Assembly: GCA_951406725.2 (NCBI GenBank)
Contig: OX597826.1
Span: forward strand, 28,086,001 to 28,150,000
Direction of reading: 5' to 3'
Source of the DNA: Octopus vulgaris
Lineage: Eukaryota
Length of the DNA: 64,000 nt
In this document: piece after piece, positions 45,512 through 58,724 of the stretch
Layout of the letters: every line of letters begins with the position of its first letter
Numbering within the stretch: the first letter of the stretch is position 1
Made by a program: the position numbers and the translations under genes
Notes under the pieces: model-generated
The model's input: only the letters and a program-made list of their open reading frames with translations
Told to the model about the DNA's origin: nothing
Database searches by the model: none

Positions 45512-45871
45512 GGAGATGTACTTGCACCTGACCTGATCTGAGATCGTGTGCTGAAATAAACTACTGCAGCGTGACAGGTGTTTATAAACCATTTAAAAAC
45601 ACACAAAAACCGTTAGATTCACTTCAACATTTAAATATAATTTGCAAAAATATTTTCGTCGCTTTCAGACCGCGATCTGTTCACTGACAAAATTCGGTGC
45701 TGCATCTCAATTCCGTGCAACACAGAATTTTGTCAGTGAACAGGTCGCGGTCTGAAAGCGGCGAAAATATTTTGGCAAATAAAATTTAAATGTTGAAGTG
45801 AATCTAACGGTTTTTGTGTGTTTTTAAATGGTTTATAAACTCCTTCCACACTGCAATTGTTTTTATCAAAA
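45512..45871. mobile_element. Short repeat with ~130-bp inverted arms, each with a variant hammerhead
   Basis: Arms ~45565-45695 and ~45725-45855; homologue at 19229. Confidence 0.8.
45728..45779 (+). ncRNA. Candidate type I hammerhead with G3-C8 core (mirror copy at 45641-45692, minus strand)
   Basis: UUUGUCA-GUGAACA-G-GUCGC-(9 nt)-GCGGC-GAAA-AUA-UUU^UGGCAAA; stems I and II pair; stem III is the palindrome AAAUAUUU. Confidence 0.55.
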
Positions 45872-46324
45872 CAGAAAGTCGGAAGAAATATTTCGTATTA
45901 TTTATTTACCATTACACATGTTTCGTTTGCTACTAGGATTTACAAAGTTGTACATATTGGTTCAACGTGTAAGAAGTTTTCTATTAGAAATTCTTCAGAC
46001 GGAGAATGAAATTATTGTATCATATATGTGTGAGCGAATGCTCTAATGCTTAGGGATATGCAGGTACGATTACAAAACCTTGGTTTCGATTCCCAGAAAG
46101 GGAAGGTGTTGTGTTCCTGAGGAAAGCACTGCATATTACGTTGCTTATATTCACTCAACTGCAAGTGAGTAATATTACGATGGATCGGCGTTCCATTCAC
46201 GGGGAATGTCATGGTATCGGTCTCCTGTACGCCATAGATCAGCCAGCCAAGCCAGCAAGGTGGTGTCATTTGAAAGGTACAACAATGCGAAGAAGCGCAT
46301 TGTAACCGGCGGGATATAACCATC

Positions 46325-46722
46325 CACATGGTTCCGGGTCGAGTCCCACTGCGTGGCACCTTGAGCAAGTGTCTTCTGTAATAGCCTCGAGCCGATTAAA
46401 GCCTTGTGAGTGGTTTTCGTAGATGGAAACTGAAAGAAGCATATATATATATATATATATATAAATATATATGTATGTATGCATGTATGTATGTATGTAT
46501 GTATGTATGTATGTATGTATGTATGTATGTATGTATGTATGTATGTATGTCTATATTTCTGTGTCTGTGTTTGTCCCACCACCACCAACGCTTGGTAACC
46601 GATGTTGGTGTGTTTACGTCCCTGTAACATAAAGGTTCGGCAAAAGAGCCTGATAAAAAAAGTACTAAGCTTACAAAGAATAAGTCCTGGGATTGACTTG
46701 TTCAACTAAAGGCGGTGCTCCA
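46325..46722 (+). mobile_element. SINE family A copy
   Basis: cacatggttccgggt..agtcccactgcgtggcaccttg through aaaggcggtgctcca. Confidence 0.88.
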
Positions 46723-46731
46723 CCATTGCTG

Positions 46732-46794
<63 letters not shown>

Positions 46795-47019
46795 GGATAT
46801 ATATATTGATATAGGTATGCATTTCGTTGGGTAGCGTTGTTTGAATTGAAACCTAGACACAAACGCCACATGGTATAGATTCTGGAATTGTTTGTGTAAG
46901 TGCACCAATCAAACCTTCCAGCGTCTGCGAAATAGATTCCACGCATGTACCACATGTCAGCCCCAAGGAATAAGTATCTCTTATCGACCGTGAAATGAAT
47001 GTCTCCAAATGATATTTGA

Positions 47020-47056
<37 letters not shown>

Positions 47057-47260
47057 GTGTGTATATGTGTGAGTGTATGCGCATGTGTATACATACATTT
47101 ATATATGTGTGTATGTGTATGTGGGCGTGTATTTATATGTGTATATGTATATGCATATATGTATATATATATATACATTTATATATGTATCTATATACAT
47201 TTGTATATGTATATATATATATGTGTATATATGTATAATCCATTCTTGTTGCTTTTTTCC

Positions 47261-47403
<143 letters not shown>

Positions 47404-47721
47404 ATCCTTCCTCCGACATACACACATATAGACGCACAAACACACACACGCACACATACACGTTGCCCACGCTTTATAGAGAAATGCTAATATTGAAATT
47501 GAAGATCTTTTTTTCTTTATGAAAATAAATTGCAGAAAAAATATCGAATTAAAGAACTATATAGGTTTGTATTAATATTATTATTTTTTGTTGTTTTTTG
47601 TGTTTCTTGAATTCTTCAATGTCATTTCCTTATTCTCTATGAATTCCATGTGTCTGGGTTTACCAAAATCTATTTCGCACAATTTAAAAGGTTTGAATAT
47701 TTTCATTTCGTCTTTTAGACG

Positions 47722-47823
<102 letters not shown>

Positions 47824-47969
47824 CATACATATATACATATATGTATGTATGTATGTAGTATGTATGTTTATGTATGTATGTGTGTGTGCGCGTGTGTATA
47901 TATATATATACATATGTATATATGTATACATATATATATGTATGGATATATATATACATACACACATAC

Positions 47970-48039
<70 letters not shown>

Positions 48040-48551
48040 GTATGTATGTATGTATGTATATATGTATATATATGCAATTCTTCTATAAATCAAATTCAAG
48101 ATTGTTTTACTCAGACTTCGGAGCCAAACAAAAATAGTTCACGATATTTAATCACCTTATATTTACCTTCTGTGTTCAAAGTCGCCGTTAGCCGGCCATT
48201 TTGAGTTTCGTTATTACATGTTGTCGTCTGAATGTATATGCCCCTTTATTTATGGGTATATATTTAATTATACATGATCGACAACACTTTGTCCACGTGC
48301 TCCCTGCACCTCACCCGCACTAATATGTAAGGCTTCGTGACTCTGTTAGATGTTTCGGCAGATTCATTAACGAGTCGGTCAAAACGCTTAGCGGTATTTC
48401 TTCCGGTTCTGTGGAGACCGACTTTGCCTTTCATTCTGTAGGATCGATAAAATACAGAACCAACCACGAACTGGTGGTGGCATAATCACCTACCACCCCA
48501 CCCCATTCACTAAACTTGCTGGTCTTCTCCTAATGTTTGTTTCTCCTAATG

Positions 48552-48613
<62 letters not shown>

Positions 48614-48614
<1 letters not shown>

Positions 48615-49161
48615 GAGTGAGCGAGCAGAGCATGCCATCAAAGTGACACTGGGGTAAAATATACGAAGCCCAGTATACCCATCATGACTACCCGTCTGAT
48701 AAGGGTACACCAGGCACATGCATCACAACCATATGTGCGCGACATGGTGATCTCATATCAAGATAAACAGCACATGACCTTGCAGGTGGAGCCCAGTTAG
48801 AATTTTCTTCAGATCGAGTAACCCATCCCGCTCAAAAGGTCCCTGAATAAGGGTTGTTTAAAGACGGTGAACGAAACACCCATGTTTCCAGAGGTGAATT
48901 ATTCAAACCCCAAAGAATCCTTCTCAACACATGGCTATGATGCTCCCCCACTACTTCTGCTCGTGATCAGAGATGCACATATCGTCAGCCACTAAGGGAC
49001 ATGCTCAACTGGTTAAGGTCAAGCAACTGACAAGCAAATCTGTGGTATTGAGCAGAATATTTGCTGTAGCCCATCTTTTATACCAAGACAAAACAATGTA
49101 CATGATAACACTTCCAATCAGTTAAGATCAGAAGCCATGAGAGCCACTGCCTGGTACTGCA
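48614..49161. mobile_element. ~550-bp complex block inserted in an (ATT)n tract; probable 3' fragment of a non-LTR retrotransposon
   Basis: Sharp boundaries with (ATT)n on both sides and higher GC; no recognisable protein motif; single copy in the window. Confidence 0.4.
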
Positions 49162-49201
49162 ATATTATCATTATTATTATTATTATTATTATTATCATCA
49201 T

Positions 49202-49269
<68 letters not shown>

Positions 49270-49283
49270 TCATTATTATTATT

Positions 49284-49480
49284 AAGGCGTTACCGCGCCA
49301 GGACAAAATGCTTAACGGTATTTTTTTTCCAGCTCTCTGCGTTCCAGGTTCAAATACCGTCGAGATCAACTTTGACTTCTTTTTTTTTTCTTTCTTGAAG
49401 TGGTCAAAATAAAGTACCAATTAAGGGACCAGTCCCCTTCACAAATATTTCTGGCCTTCTCCCCATAGTAGAAAGGACTA
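49284..49480 (+). mobile_element. SINE family B, diverged; similar copies at ~48340-48535 and ~51650-51860
   Basis: aaaatgctta.cggtattt...gttcaaat.ccg.cgag.tc.acttt. Confidence 0.65.
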
Positions 49481-49504
49481 TTGTTGTCTATCATCGTCAT
49501 AATT

Positions 49505-50022
49505 ATTCACGTGTGGGATGGATCCGTCTGTCTCCATCAATCGGGCAGGCAGGGCAGTTTTCCTTTGCCTAGTGGCTGTGACGAAAGAGGTTGTTTGGTG
49601 GACAAGGCTGAAAGGCATGAGGATAGGTACATTCCTTTTGGTAGAGTTCCCTTTGACTTTTTCAAGTTCTGTCCTCGAGTGAGTTTATTGAAAGGTGGGT
49701 GAAAGTTGCGAAAATGGTAAAAGTGGATGGTACCTCCATAAGTGTAGACTTGTGAATCGGAAAGAAGGAATTACAGACAGCATTTGCTCATAGGGATTCA
49801 GGGAAATTTCTTGCAGCGGGATTCCTCGTTTATCCCTAGAGGCGTTCCTGTGTCACCCACCCTATTTTTTACCTTTAAATGTTATATCTCTTTTTCTCTA
49901 GTGTATACCAAGTATATATATATATATATTATCATTTCATTATTATATGCAAACCTCCACACTTCATGTCTGTCTCTGTATTGTCCCCCTCATCCTTTGC
50001 CCTTGTGGCAAATAAATGAAAT
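49505..50022 (+). pseudogene. 3' fragment of a Tx1/L1-group LINE (ORF2 C-terminus plus 3' UTR)
   Basis: RAGRAVFLCLVAVTKEVVWWTRLKG..., FDFFKF, SEFIERWVKVAKM...* (K..IW..R and F..RW pattern of L1/Tx1 C-termini); AATAAA then (ATT)n tail. Confidence 0.65.
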
Positions 50023-50033
50023 TATTATTATTA

Positions 50034-50073
<40 letters not shown>

Positions 50074-50104
50074 TATTATTATTATCATCACCATCATCAT
50101 TATT

Positions 50105-50522
50105 AAGGCGGCGAGCTATATATATATAGCCATTCATATACATTATTAGCACGCTGCGCGAAATGCGTAGCCGTATTTCGACTGCCGCAACGTTCTGAGT
50201 TCAAATTCCGCCGAGGTCGACTTTGCCTTTCATCCTTTCGGGGTCGATAAATTAAGTACCAGTTACTCACTGGGGTCAATATAATCGACTAAATCCGTCT
50301 GTCTGTCCGTTTGTCTCCTCTGTATTTAGCCCCTTGTGGGTAGTAAAGAAATAGGTATTTTGTCCGTCGTTACGTTTTGATTTCAAATACTGCCGAGGTC
50401 GACTTTACCTTTCATCCTTTCGGGGTCGATAAAATGAGTACCAGTCAAACACTGGGGTCGATGTAATCGACCCTCGACCAATCCCCTCCCCCAAAATCGC
50501 TGCCCTTGTGGCAAAATTTGAA

Positions 50523-50525
<3 letters not shown>
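50105..50525 (+). mobile_element. Dimeric / nested SINE family B
   Basis: Full copy ending taaagaaata joined directly to ggtattt of a second, headless copy. Confidence 0.88.
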
Positions 50526-50566
<41 letters not shown>

Positions 50567-51147
50567 CATCATCATCATCATTTACAGTTAACTAAAGCCT
50601 GTCTCTTTGGATTCGCGGGTGCCATTTTTCTGGCAGTTAAATCTGATAATTCCTTCATCCTCTGCATTTCTTTGTCTTGGTTCTTTCATTGTTTTGCTTG
50701 TTTGTTTTTGTTTCTGTTGGTTTTTTTTTTTCTTCATGTTCTTCAAGGACTTCCTATTTCTCTTAGACAACCAAAGATAATGGTGAGAGATATTCTGTTA
50801 ATGACTGGAATAAAGATTAACGACTGGCGGCAGAATTCTTCAAAATCCTGCGGTTACCTTTAATTAGTCAATCATGATACCAGTAATCAATACAATTAAT
50901 TCTAAACTAATGAAGGAGCTTCTGCAGCATCGACCAGCCTGCTAGAAATAACAGCATAATCGCTCTCAAATTATATCCTAACATCTCGAAAATGAAAGTC
51001 AGAATTGATAACGTTTTGCGGAGATTCGGACTGGATAGTCATGACTGAGGCCCTTCTTATGTGTCCTTATTAAGGATAATAGCTTCGAATATGACAAATT
51101 TCTCTCAAAGTTCTGCTGTCTTCAGCAAAACTTAACTACTGCTGCGG

Positions 51148-51184
<37 letters not shown>

Positions 51185-51864
51185 CATAGTTGTTGCTGTC
51201 CCAACTATTACTACTGCTACTTCTGCTTCTACTGCTGCTGCGGCTGATACTACTACTACTACAACAACAACTGCTACTACTACCACTACTACTACTACAA
51301 CTACTACTGAAACTGCTACTGCTGCTACTACTACTACTACTACTACTATTACTACTACTACTATTACTACTACTACTGCTACCACTACTGCTGCTGCTGC
51401 TACACATGTACGCACGCCTACGTGTGTGTATACGTGCGTGAACATCCGAATAAATTTACAGATATTAAAAAAAATCACAAGCAAATACCAATTTTACTCG
51501 TTTTACCAATTCATCGATTCCGTGTTCCTTAATACTGAATACAATCAAAAGCAACGTGGTCTCCTACGAAAATGGTTAAAAGTCCAAACGATAAAATCAC
51601 TGTTGAACGAAACAATCTTTGAAAGTTGGTCATGTGACATTTCCACTGATGTGGGCGGCTGCGTCAAAATGGGTTGCCGCTATTATGCCACCTCCCCGTT
51701 TCTTTACGTTCCGAGTTTAATTCGAACCATGATCAGCATTACCTTTCATCCTTTCAGAGTCGATAGAACAACACACCAGTTAGCTACAGGGGTTAATAGC
51801 ATCGACTAATCACCTCCCTTCAAAACTGCTGTCCTTGCGTTGCGCCTTAATCAGAAACAATTAT

Positions 51865-52140
51865 GAACCTGCTGTTTAGAAAACATTACCTTGTCACCGT
51901 AAGCTTGCCGAAGCAGGTTCAATGTCTCTGTAACAGGCTTCTCAAGTTTAACGCAAAATTTCACGTTGGCAGACGACACAAAAACACAAATTTCACAATG
52001 TGCGAAGTAAACACAGCGATCTTATTCGACACACGGCCTCATGAATGCCACCGCTAGCTCTCATTGCGCACGCAGCCGTATACTGCCATCTGTTGGCGCG
52101 CTACAGAACTAGTTGTGGAACTTTTTGATACCACCTCGTA
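51865..52140 (-). pseudogene. Mariner left end with TIR and N-terminal transposase relic
   Basis: Minus strand begins TA-CGAGGTGGTATCAAAAAGTTCC; from 51970 reads ANVKFCVKLEKPVTETLNLLRQAYGD (mariner HTH N-terminus). Confidence 0.85.
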
Positions 52141-52328
52141 CACTTCATATTTATATTTATACCAGCGAGGCTACAGTCTAATGATTGAAACAAATAAGAC
52201 GAAAGAATAAAAGATAGGTTTTAGCCATCTTCAATGTGTGTGTGTGCATATATATATACTCTTTTACTCTTTTACTTGTTTCAGTCATTTGACTGTGGCC
52301 ATGCTGGAGCATCGCCTTTCAAAACTTT

Positions 52329-52445
52329 CGAAGTAAACACAGCGATCTCACTCGACGCACGGCCTCATGAATGTCACCGCTAGCTCTCATTGCGCACGCA
52401 GCCGTATACTGCCATCTGTTGGCGCGCTACAGAACTAGTCGTGGA
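52329..52445 (-). repeat. Local duplicate of the mariner subterminal region 52004-52118, between SINE A tail fragments
   Basis: cgaagtaaacacagcgatct...gcgctacagaactagt.gtgga repeated ~325 bp apart. Confidence 0.85.
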
Positions 52446-52629
52446 CTAGTTGTATATATATATATACATACACACAGTGACAATGCCCCAGCATGGCCGC
52501 AACATCAAGGCTGAAACATATAAAAGAATAGAAGAATAAAAGAATATGTATATACTGGCATTCTTCAACTTCCGTCGTTTCAAGTTACATTATGGCCTTA
52601 AAAAAAAGATATACGTATATATACATTTA

Positions 52630-52684
<55 letters not shown>

Positions 52685-53019
52685 CATGTAATATTGTGTG
52701 AGTGTATGTATGCATGTACATGTATGCAAACATATATAGATAAATATATACCCTCAAATATATATATATAGCCATTCATATACACTACATCCACACATGT
52801 GCTTACATATATACGTACGTGTGCTTTGATGCGGATGAGCAAAGACAAGGACGTCTATGACAATTAGAAGAGAATAATGACGGCGTTTGGTGCTGTCGAC
52901 GGCGGCGATGATATCACAACGACGACGACGGCGAAATCGAATCCTGCGACGCCCTCGACCTAAATCGCACCCCACCAGCAACAGTAACTAACAACACCAC
53001 CCCAAAACTACGACCGTGA

Positions 53020-53412
53020 TCCTTTTATCTACTCTAGGCACAAGGCCCGAAATTTTGGGAGAGTGGGGCCGTCGATTAGATCGACCCCAGTGCGTAACTG
53101 GTACTTATTTAATCGACCCCGAAAGGATGAAAGGCAAAGTCGACCTCGGCGGAATTTGAACTCAGAACGTAGCGGCAGACGAATACCTATTTCTTTATTA
53201 CCCACAAGGGACTAAACATAGAGGAGACAAACAAGGACAGACAAACGGATTAAGTCGATTACATCGACCCCAGTGCGTAACTGGTACTTAATTTATCGAC
53301 CCTGAAAGGATGAAAGGCAAAGTCGACCTCGGCGGAATTTGAACTCAGAACGTTGCGGTAGACGAAATACCGCTGAGCATTTCGCCCGGTGTGCTAACGT
53401 TTCTACCAGCTT
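53020..53412 (-). mobile_element. Dimeric / nested SINE family B
   Basis: Same tail-to-body junction (taaagaaata|ggtatt) as at 50352. Confidence 0.9.
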
Positions 53413-53434
53413 GCTACTTTGTACTGGCTAAATG

Positions 53435-54070
53435 TTAACAGCAGCAGCAACAACAACAACAGCAACAACCATAGCATCAACAGCAGCAAAGACGGCGACG
53501 AAAATAAAATCACTAAAACCATCTCACCACGACCACCACCACTAAGTACTATACCACGAACAACATCTCATAAAACGATAACTAGCACTTCTGCCTCAAC
53601 ATCAGCGACAACAACAACAACAAACAGCACCACTGCCACCGTGTCCGTCGTCGCAGTCACTACTGCAACCATCGCCGACATCACCACCGCTGCCGCCACC
53701 ACCACCATCGTCGGTGCCGCCACAGCTTCCACCAACCCAGCCAAAGCGCCACCACCAACCCCGTCACCACCTGCCTCGCCACCATCATTTCCGCTATCAC
53801 CACCGAAGCCGCCACCAGCACGCTCTCGCCGTCAACACCACCCCACCCCACCCCTCAATACCACGCCGTCTCCACCCCCACGCTACCGTCCGCTGTCACA
53901 GACCCTCCTACCACCACCACCGACAACCGACATCACCGCTGCGACGATGACAACAACAGCGACTGCCACGATGATTGTGATGACATCATTATGAAAACCT
54001 AAAACAGTATCTACTAGAACCAACAACAACAACATCAACAACAATACTAACAACAACAACCCCGACACAA
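53435..54070. repeat. Degenerate (ACC/AAC/GCC)n low-complexity tract
   Basis: Trinucleotide periodicity. Confidence 0.75.
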
Positions 54071-54560
54071 CTGGCCCTTTTACTTATAAAGACGATTCTC
54101 GCTCAAGTAGGTAAACCGCTCGCCGTCAAATTACTGTTTGTGAAAACCCTAGGAGCACAAAAAAGAATCAGTAAATGGAGGTCACACTTGCCGTGTCGCC
54201 ATACTGCAGCTTAAATTTCACCTTAAAAAGCAGAACGGCACGCAGAAACTGAAGTGTTTCTTTGCACGCAAGATTTCTTCAGCCCAATTAGATTCACGGA
54301 AACCTTCTTTCTGACCATCGCAGCGCTTCTTCGCTGTGTCTACTTAACGTTCGTATATAGATAGATTGATATAGTTCAACGTGTGTGTGTGTGTGTGAAG
54401 TGTAGTAGGACTTGGTTGGTGTGTGTTAAATGTGTTGCTTTGGTACTAACCAGGCACAGAAGTTCACCTGCGTGAAAATTTATTTCCCCTGCAAAGAAAA
54501 TCTTTTAGATAAATATACACGTAGAACGCATGAACAGCACAGACTCACAGATAGATAGAC

Positions 54561-54617
<57 letters not shown>

Positions 54618-56321
54618 CATAATGTGATAAATAAGAATATATGTATACATACAAACATATATGTACGTACCTACATCTACATGTATATATACAAGCATAT
54701 ATAAATAATTATACGTGAGTACAGGACACCACAATAAGACGTAGAAACGGGAAAAACGAAAAAAACAAAAAAAAACGAAGAAAACAAAAAAACGAAAAAA
54801 ACAGTTACAAGACGTGCTACACAAGGAAAAAACCCCCGTCATCAGCTGTCGCTAGTAGACTCAAGCATGTTTCGAAGGCAAAGACAGAACACTAATCCAC
54901 TAGGCCTTCCTGCGAGAGAATTAAAATAAAATTCCAAGCAGCGGGGCAAAATGAGTACGAACACGAACAGGACGTAACAATAAAACTGCAAAAATAAAAA
55001 TACATATGCAAAACATACAAATAAATACAAAACGAGAAAATAAAAAGAGAATACGATACAGGAAATCAAACACACAAGAGGACGAACGAAAAAGCCTTTT
55101 TTTCTGGCATAGACGAAGGATACTGTGGCTGCGCGTGGAAGGCAGTCTTTTCAGTAGTAGGAGCAACGTGTAAAAGAAATTTTTATAGGCTGGCAGTAAG
55201 GAAGAAGGAAGGAGGAGGGGGACACGCGGCTGAGAGAGAGAGGAGGAGTGGGAGGGAGAGAGAGTGGAGAGGGTAAAACAAAGGGAGAGAACATACATAC
55301 ATACATACATACATACATACATACATACATACATACATACATACATACGTACGTACGTACATGCATAGTTAGATAAATCAAAATGGGGAGTAGATAGGCA
55401 GCCGACAACTGATGAAGGGTCATTCTTTATGTTACTTGTCCTGTTTTCCATTTGTTTTTCTCGTTGTTTATAGAATTCTATAAATCCATATATTGCACAA
55501 CCTATATGGCTTTATTTTGTAAGATTTTTTGCATTTGCATTAATGCAGACATGTAATTTATTTACTATTAAATATAATATAAATTATTTCCATATCTTTT
55601 AGTTACGAAACAATTTGTGATGACATTAGAATTTTCTTACTATTAAATACATTTTCATCAAACCAATTTCTCAGTCATTTATGACTTTATACACTCCTTA
55701 TGGTTCCCTCTTGTATCGTGCTATGAATTCTCGATACATTAAGGAGATTAACTGAATCCGTATACATATATATATTTACAAGCTGAGCAAAAGGTGTACG
55801 TAAGCCGCTATATGTATATATAAATTTTAAAAAACGGAATAATAACGTAGCGGATATGACAAGAAAAACATACGGACAGATAGACGATACAAAGATGGAC
55901 AGGAAAAACCAGTACGAAACAGACAAAAAAAGAGAAAACGAAGAAAATATTACACGATTACAAATATGGATGTATGTATCATTTTTCTATCTATATTGTA
56001 CAGACCCCTATATGCATATATAGATATGTGTGTATGTATATATATAGAGAGGTGTAAACATTATCGAGCTCACATACTGAATGTATGTGTTTAGTATGTT
56101 CGCCGGTTCGCTACGATAAAGAACCTAAAGGACCACTTCCTAATTACACTGAGTGTTCAAAAAATTGAAATTAATAGACAGGCGAGATAGCTCATCGCAG
56201 AGCCATTGGCCAAAAGATAATGGCGAAATATCGGTATCGTACTTCAGATGTTTCACGGCACTGAACCGGCAAACACACAAAACACATTGAGTATGTGCGG
56301 TCGATGATGTTTATATACATT

Positions 56322-56396
<75 letters not shown>

Positions 56397-56463
56397 GCGA
56401 GTGTGTGTATCTGCGTGCGTGCGTGCGTGTGTGTGTGATTATATATAAGTATATGTATGTACA

Positions 56464-56651
56464 GGGGGAGAGTTCACGAAAAGAACAAAAGGCGAAGACA
56501 GGTGGTGTAGAAAATAAACAGATGTATTAGTATAACGCTCAGGAATTGAAAGTCTTTTACGTTTCGAGCCTACGCTCATCTACAGAAAGGGACACAGAAA
56601 AAAGCAAGGAGAGAAAAAAATGTGTGTAGTGGCTACCGATCTATCAAGGCG
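56464..56651 (-). mobile_element. Short dispersed repeat with minimal hammerhead, A6U variant (motif at 56554-56589)
   Basis: CUUU-CUGUAGA-U-GAGC-GUAG-GCUC-GAAAC-GUA^AAAG. Confidence 0.75.
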
Positions 56652-56665
56652 ACAGGGACAGAGAT

Positions 56666-57142
56666 ATTAATATAAAGTAGGAAAATTTATAGAAATTTTT
56701 TCTACCATTCGCCTTACATGTATACAAAGTCAATAGACATATTTCTATAATTTTTCCTACCCCATATTAATTTTAAGAATTGATTTTAGTTATTTCTGAA
56801 GTTTACTCGGAATTTCTAATCTGCTGCCGACTGAAACTGCGCTTGCGCAGTGGATTTGAAAAATTATAATATATAATGATGAGAAACGTGTTATTTTGTC
56901 TCTAATTTATATGTTAATGTTTGGCGTACCCGCTGATGGGAACTTCACCTTAAATTATTTTATTTGCTAATTACAGTTAGAAACCTAAGGTCCGGGTGTA
57001 AAACATGGTAAATGTTTTTATTTTTCATTCCCTTCGAAATTGCTCTTAACTGTGGTTTGGACTTTTGACTGTTCCTTCCAGCATGTAAGACGACCTGTTA
57101 AGGCTCACCTCTTTTTGTGTTTAAATGTACGCTAATTTTATA
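56666..57142 (+). mobile_element. Copy of the ~460-bp hammerhead family with an inverted 5' segment
   Basis: Homologous to 1071-1694; 56666-56745 is the reverse complement of the unit region near 1427-1506; motif GTACCCG-CTGATGg..GAAAC-CTAAG-GTC-CGGGTGT at 56926-56999. Confidence 0.8.
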
Positions 57143-57496
57143 TATATTTATATATATATATATACACACACATACAGATTAGTGGTACAACAAGGCACCA
57201 TTATTTCCTGGAAATAGCAGTCGATACATATTCGACGCTATAGTAAAGCTTCACTGCGTATATACTGGCCCAAAAGTAGGTTTACTGTTATTCAACTATC
57301 TCTTTCGCATTCATACATTAATAGTTTAGATCTTAATTATTAAAAAAAAACATGAAATCATTATTCCATGCCACTTTAGGTAGTTTTGTGAAGGTCCTTT
57401 TTCACTTTGTAAGATAGAAATTTAAATGTAATAAAATGTTTTAAAAGAAATTTAAAGTGCCTACGTGATAACTGTAAACCTACATTTGGGCCACCC

Positions 57497-57543
<47 letters not shown>

Positions 57544-58262
57544 GATGGTTGTCTACCCCTTCTGCAGAATCTGACTACTTTTTGTACTTAAACCTTATAT
57601 TTATCATAGTGTCTGATATGGCTTTTTTAAACCAGACAGTGTTTTGAAAATAAAAACACCCACATAGATTACATATCTGATTTGGACCACCAAGAGCCAC
57701 AGTTAAGTTCTGAGTGGATCTTAAAATGTCTGTTGAGGCCCCCATTAGGTTTGTATGTATATATATTTGTGTGTGTATGTATATGTATATATAAATATAT
57801 ATATATACATATATGCATACATCTATTTCCACGTATGTATATGAATATATATATATGTGTATGTATAATGATGTTGTATAAATGTGCATGTAGAATTTTG
57901 CTGAACGTTTTAATTACTTGTAATTAGATTTAAATGAATTTATCATCGTTTTATCCCGGAGAACACAGTTCGCCTCAGCGGGGCGTATATGCTGAGAAAC
58001 TAGTGCGTTGATCACACACAAATATTCACATGGACAGACACATACATGTATACACAGATATATGCTTGTACACATAACACATATATGTATGAATGTATGT
58101 AGGTATGTATGTATATATGTGTGTGTGTATATATATATATATATGTGTGTGTGTGTATGTATATATATATATATATACATATGTGTGAATGTATATATAT
58201 ACATATACAACATACATACACACACACATATCTATCTATCTATCTATTTATTTCTCTCTCTC

Positions 58263-58296
<34 letters not shown>

Positions 58297-58298
<2 letters not shown>

Positions 58299-58718
58299 CG
58301 CAAGCGTGGCTAGGTTTAGGCGTGGCTATATGGTAAGAAACGTGCCTCCTTACTATACGGTTCCGGGTTCAGACCCACCGCGTGTCACCTTGGACAAGAG
58401 TTTTCTACTACAGCCTCAGGCCGACCAAAGCCTTGTGAGTGGATTTGGCAGGCGGAAACTGAAAGAAGCCCGTAGTATATATAAATATAAATATATGTAT
58501 GTATAGGTTTGTGTGTCTGTGTTTCTCCCCGCAACCTCACTTGATAACAGATGCTGATGTGTTTACGACCCCGTAACTTAGCGGTTCAGCAAAAGAAACC
58601 AATAGAATAATTTCTAAGCTTACAAAGAATAAGTCCTAGGGTCGATTTGTTCGACTAAAAGCGGAGCTCCAGCATGGCCGCTATCAAATGACTGAAACAA
58701 GATAATAAAAGAATAAAA
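58297..58718 (+). mobile_element. SINE family A, full length
   Basis: Head to aaaga tail. Confidence 0.88.
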
Positions 58719-58724
58719 CTATAT

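Noticed and set aside
46815-47020. Complex open stretch on minus ([22 protein letters not shown]...)
   Set aside because: No family recognised and no clear splice signals; would need tblastn or RNA-seq.
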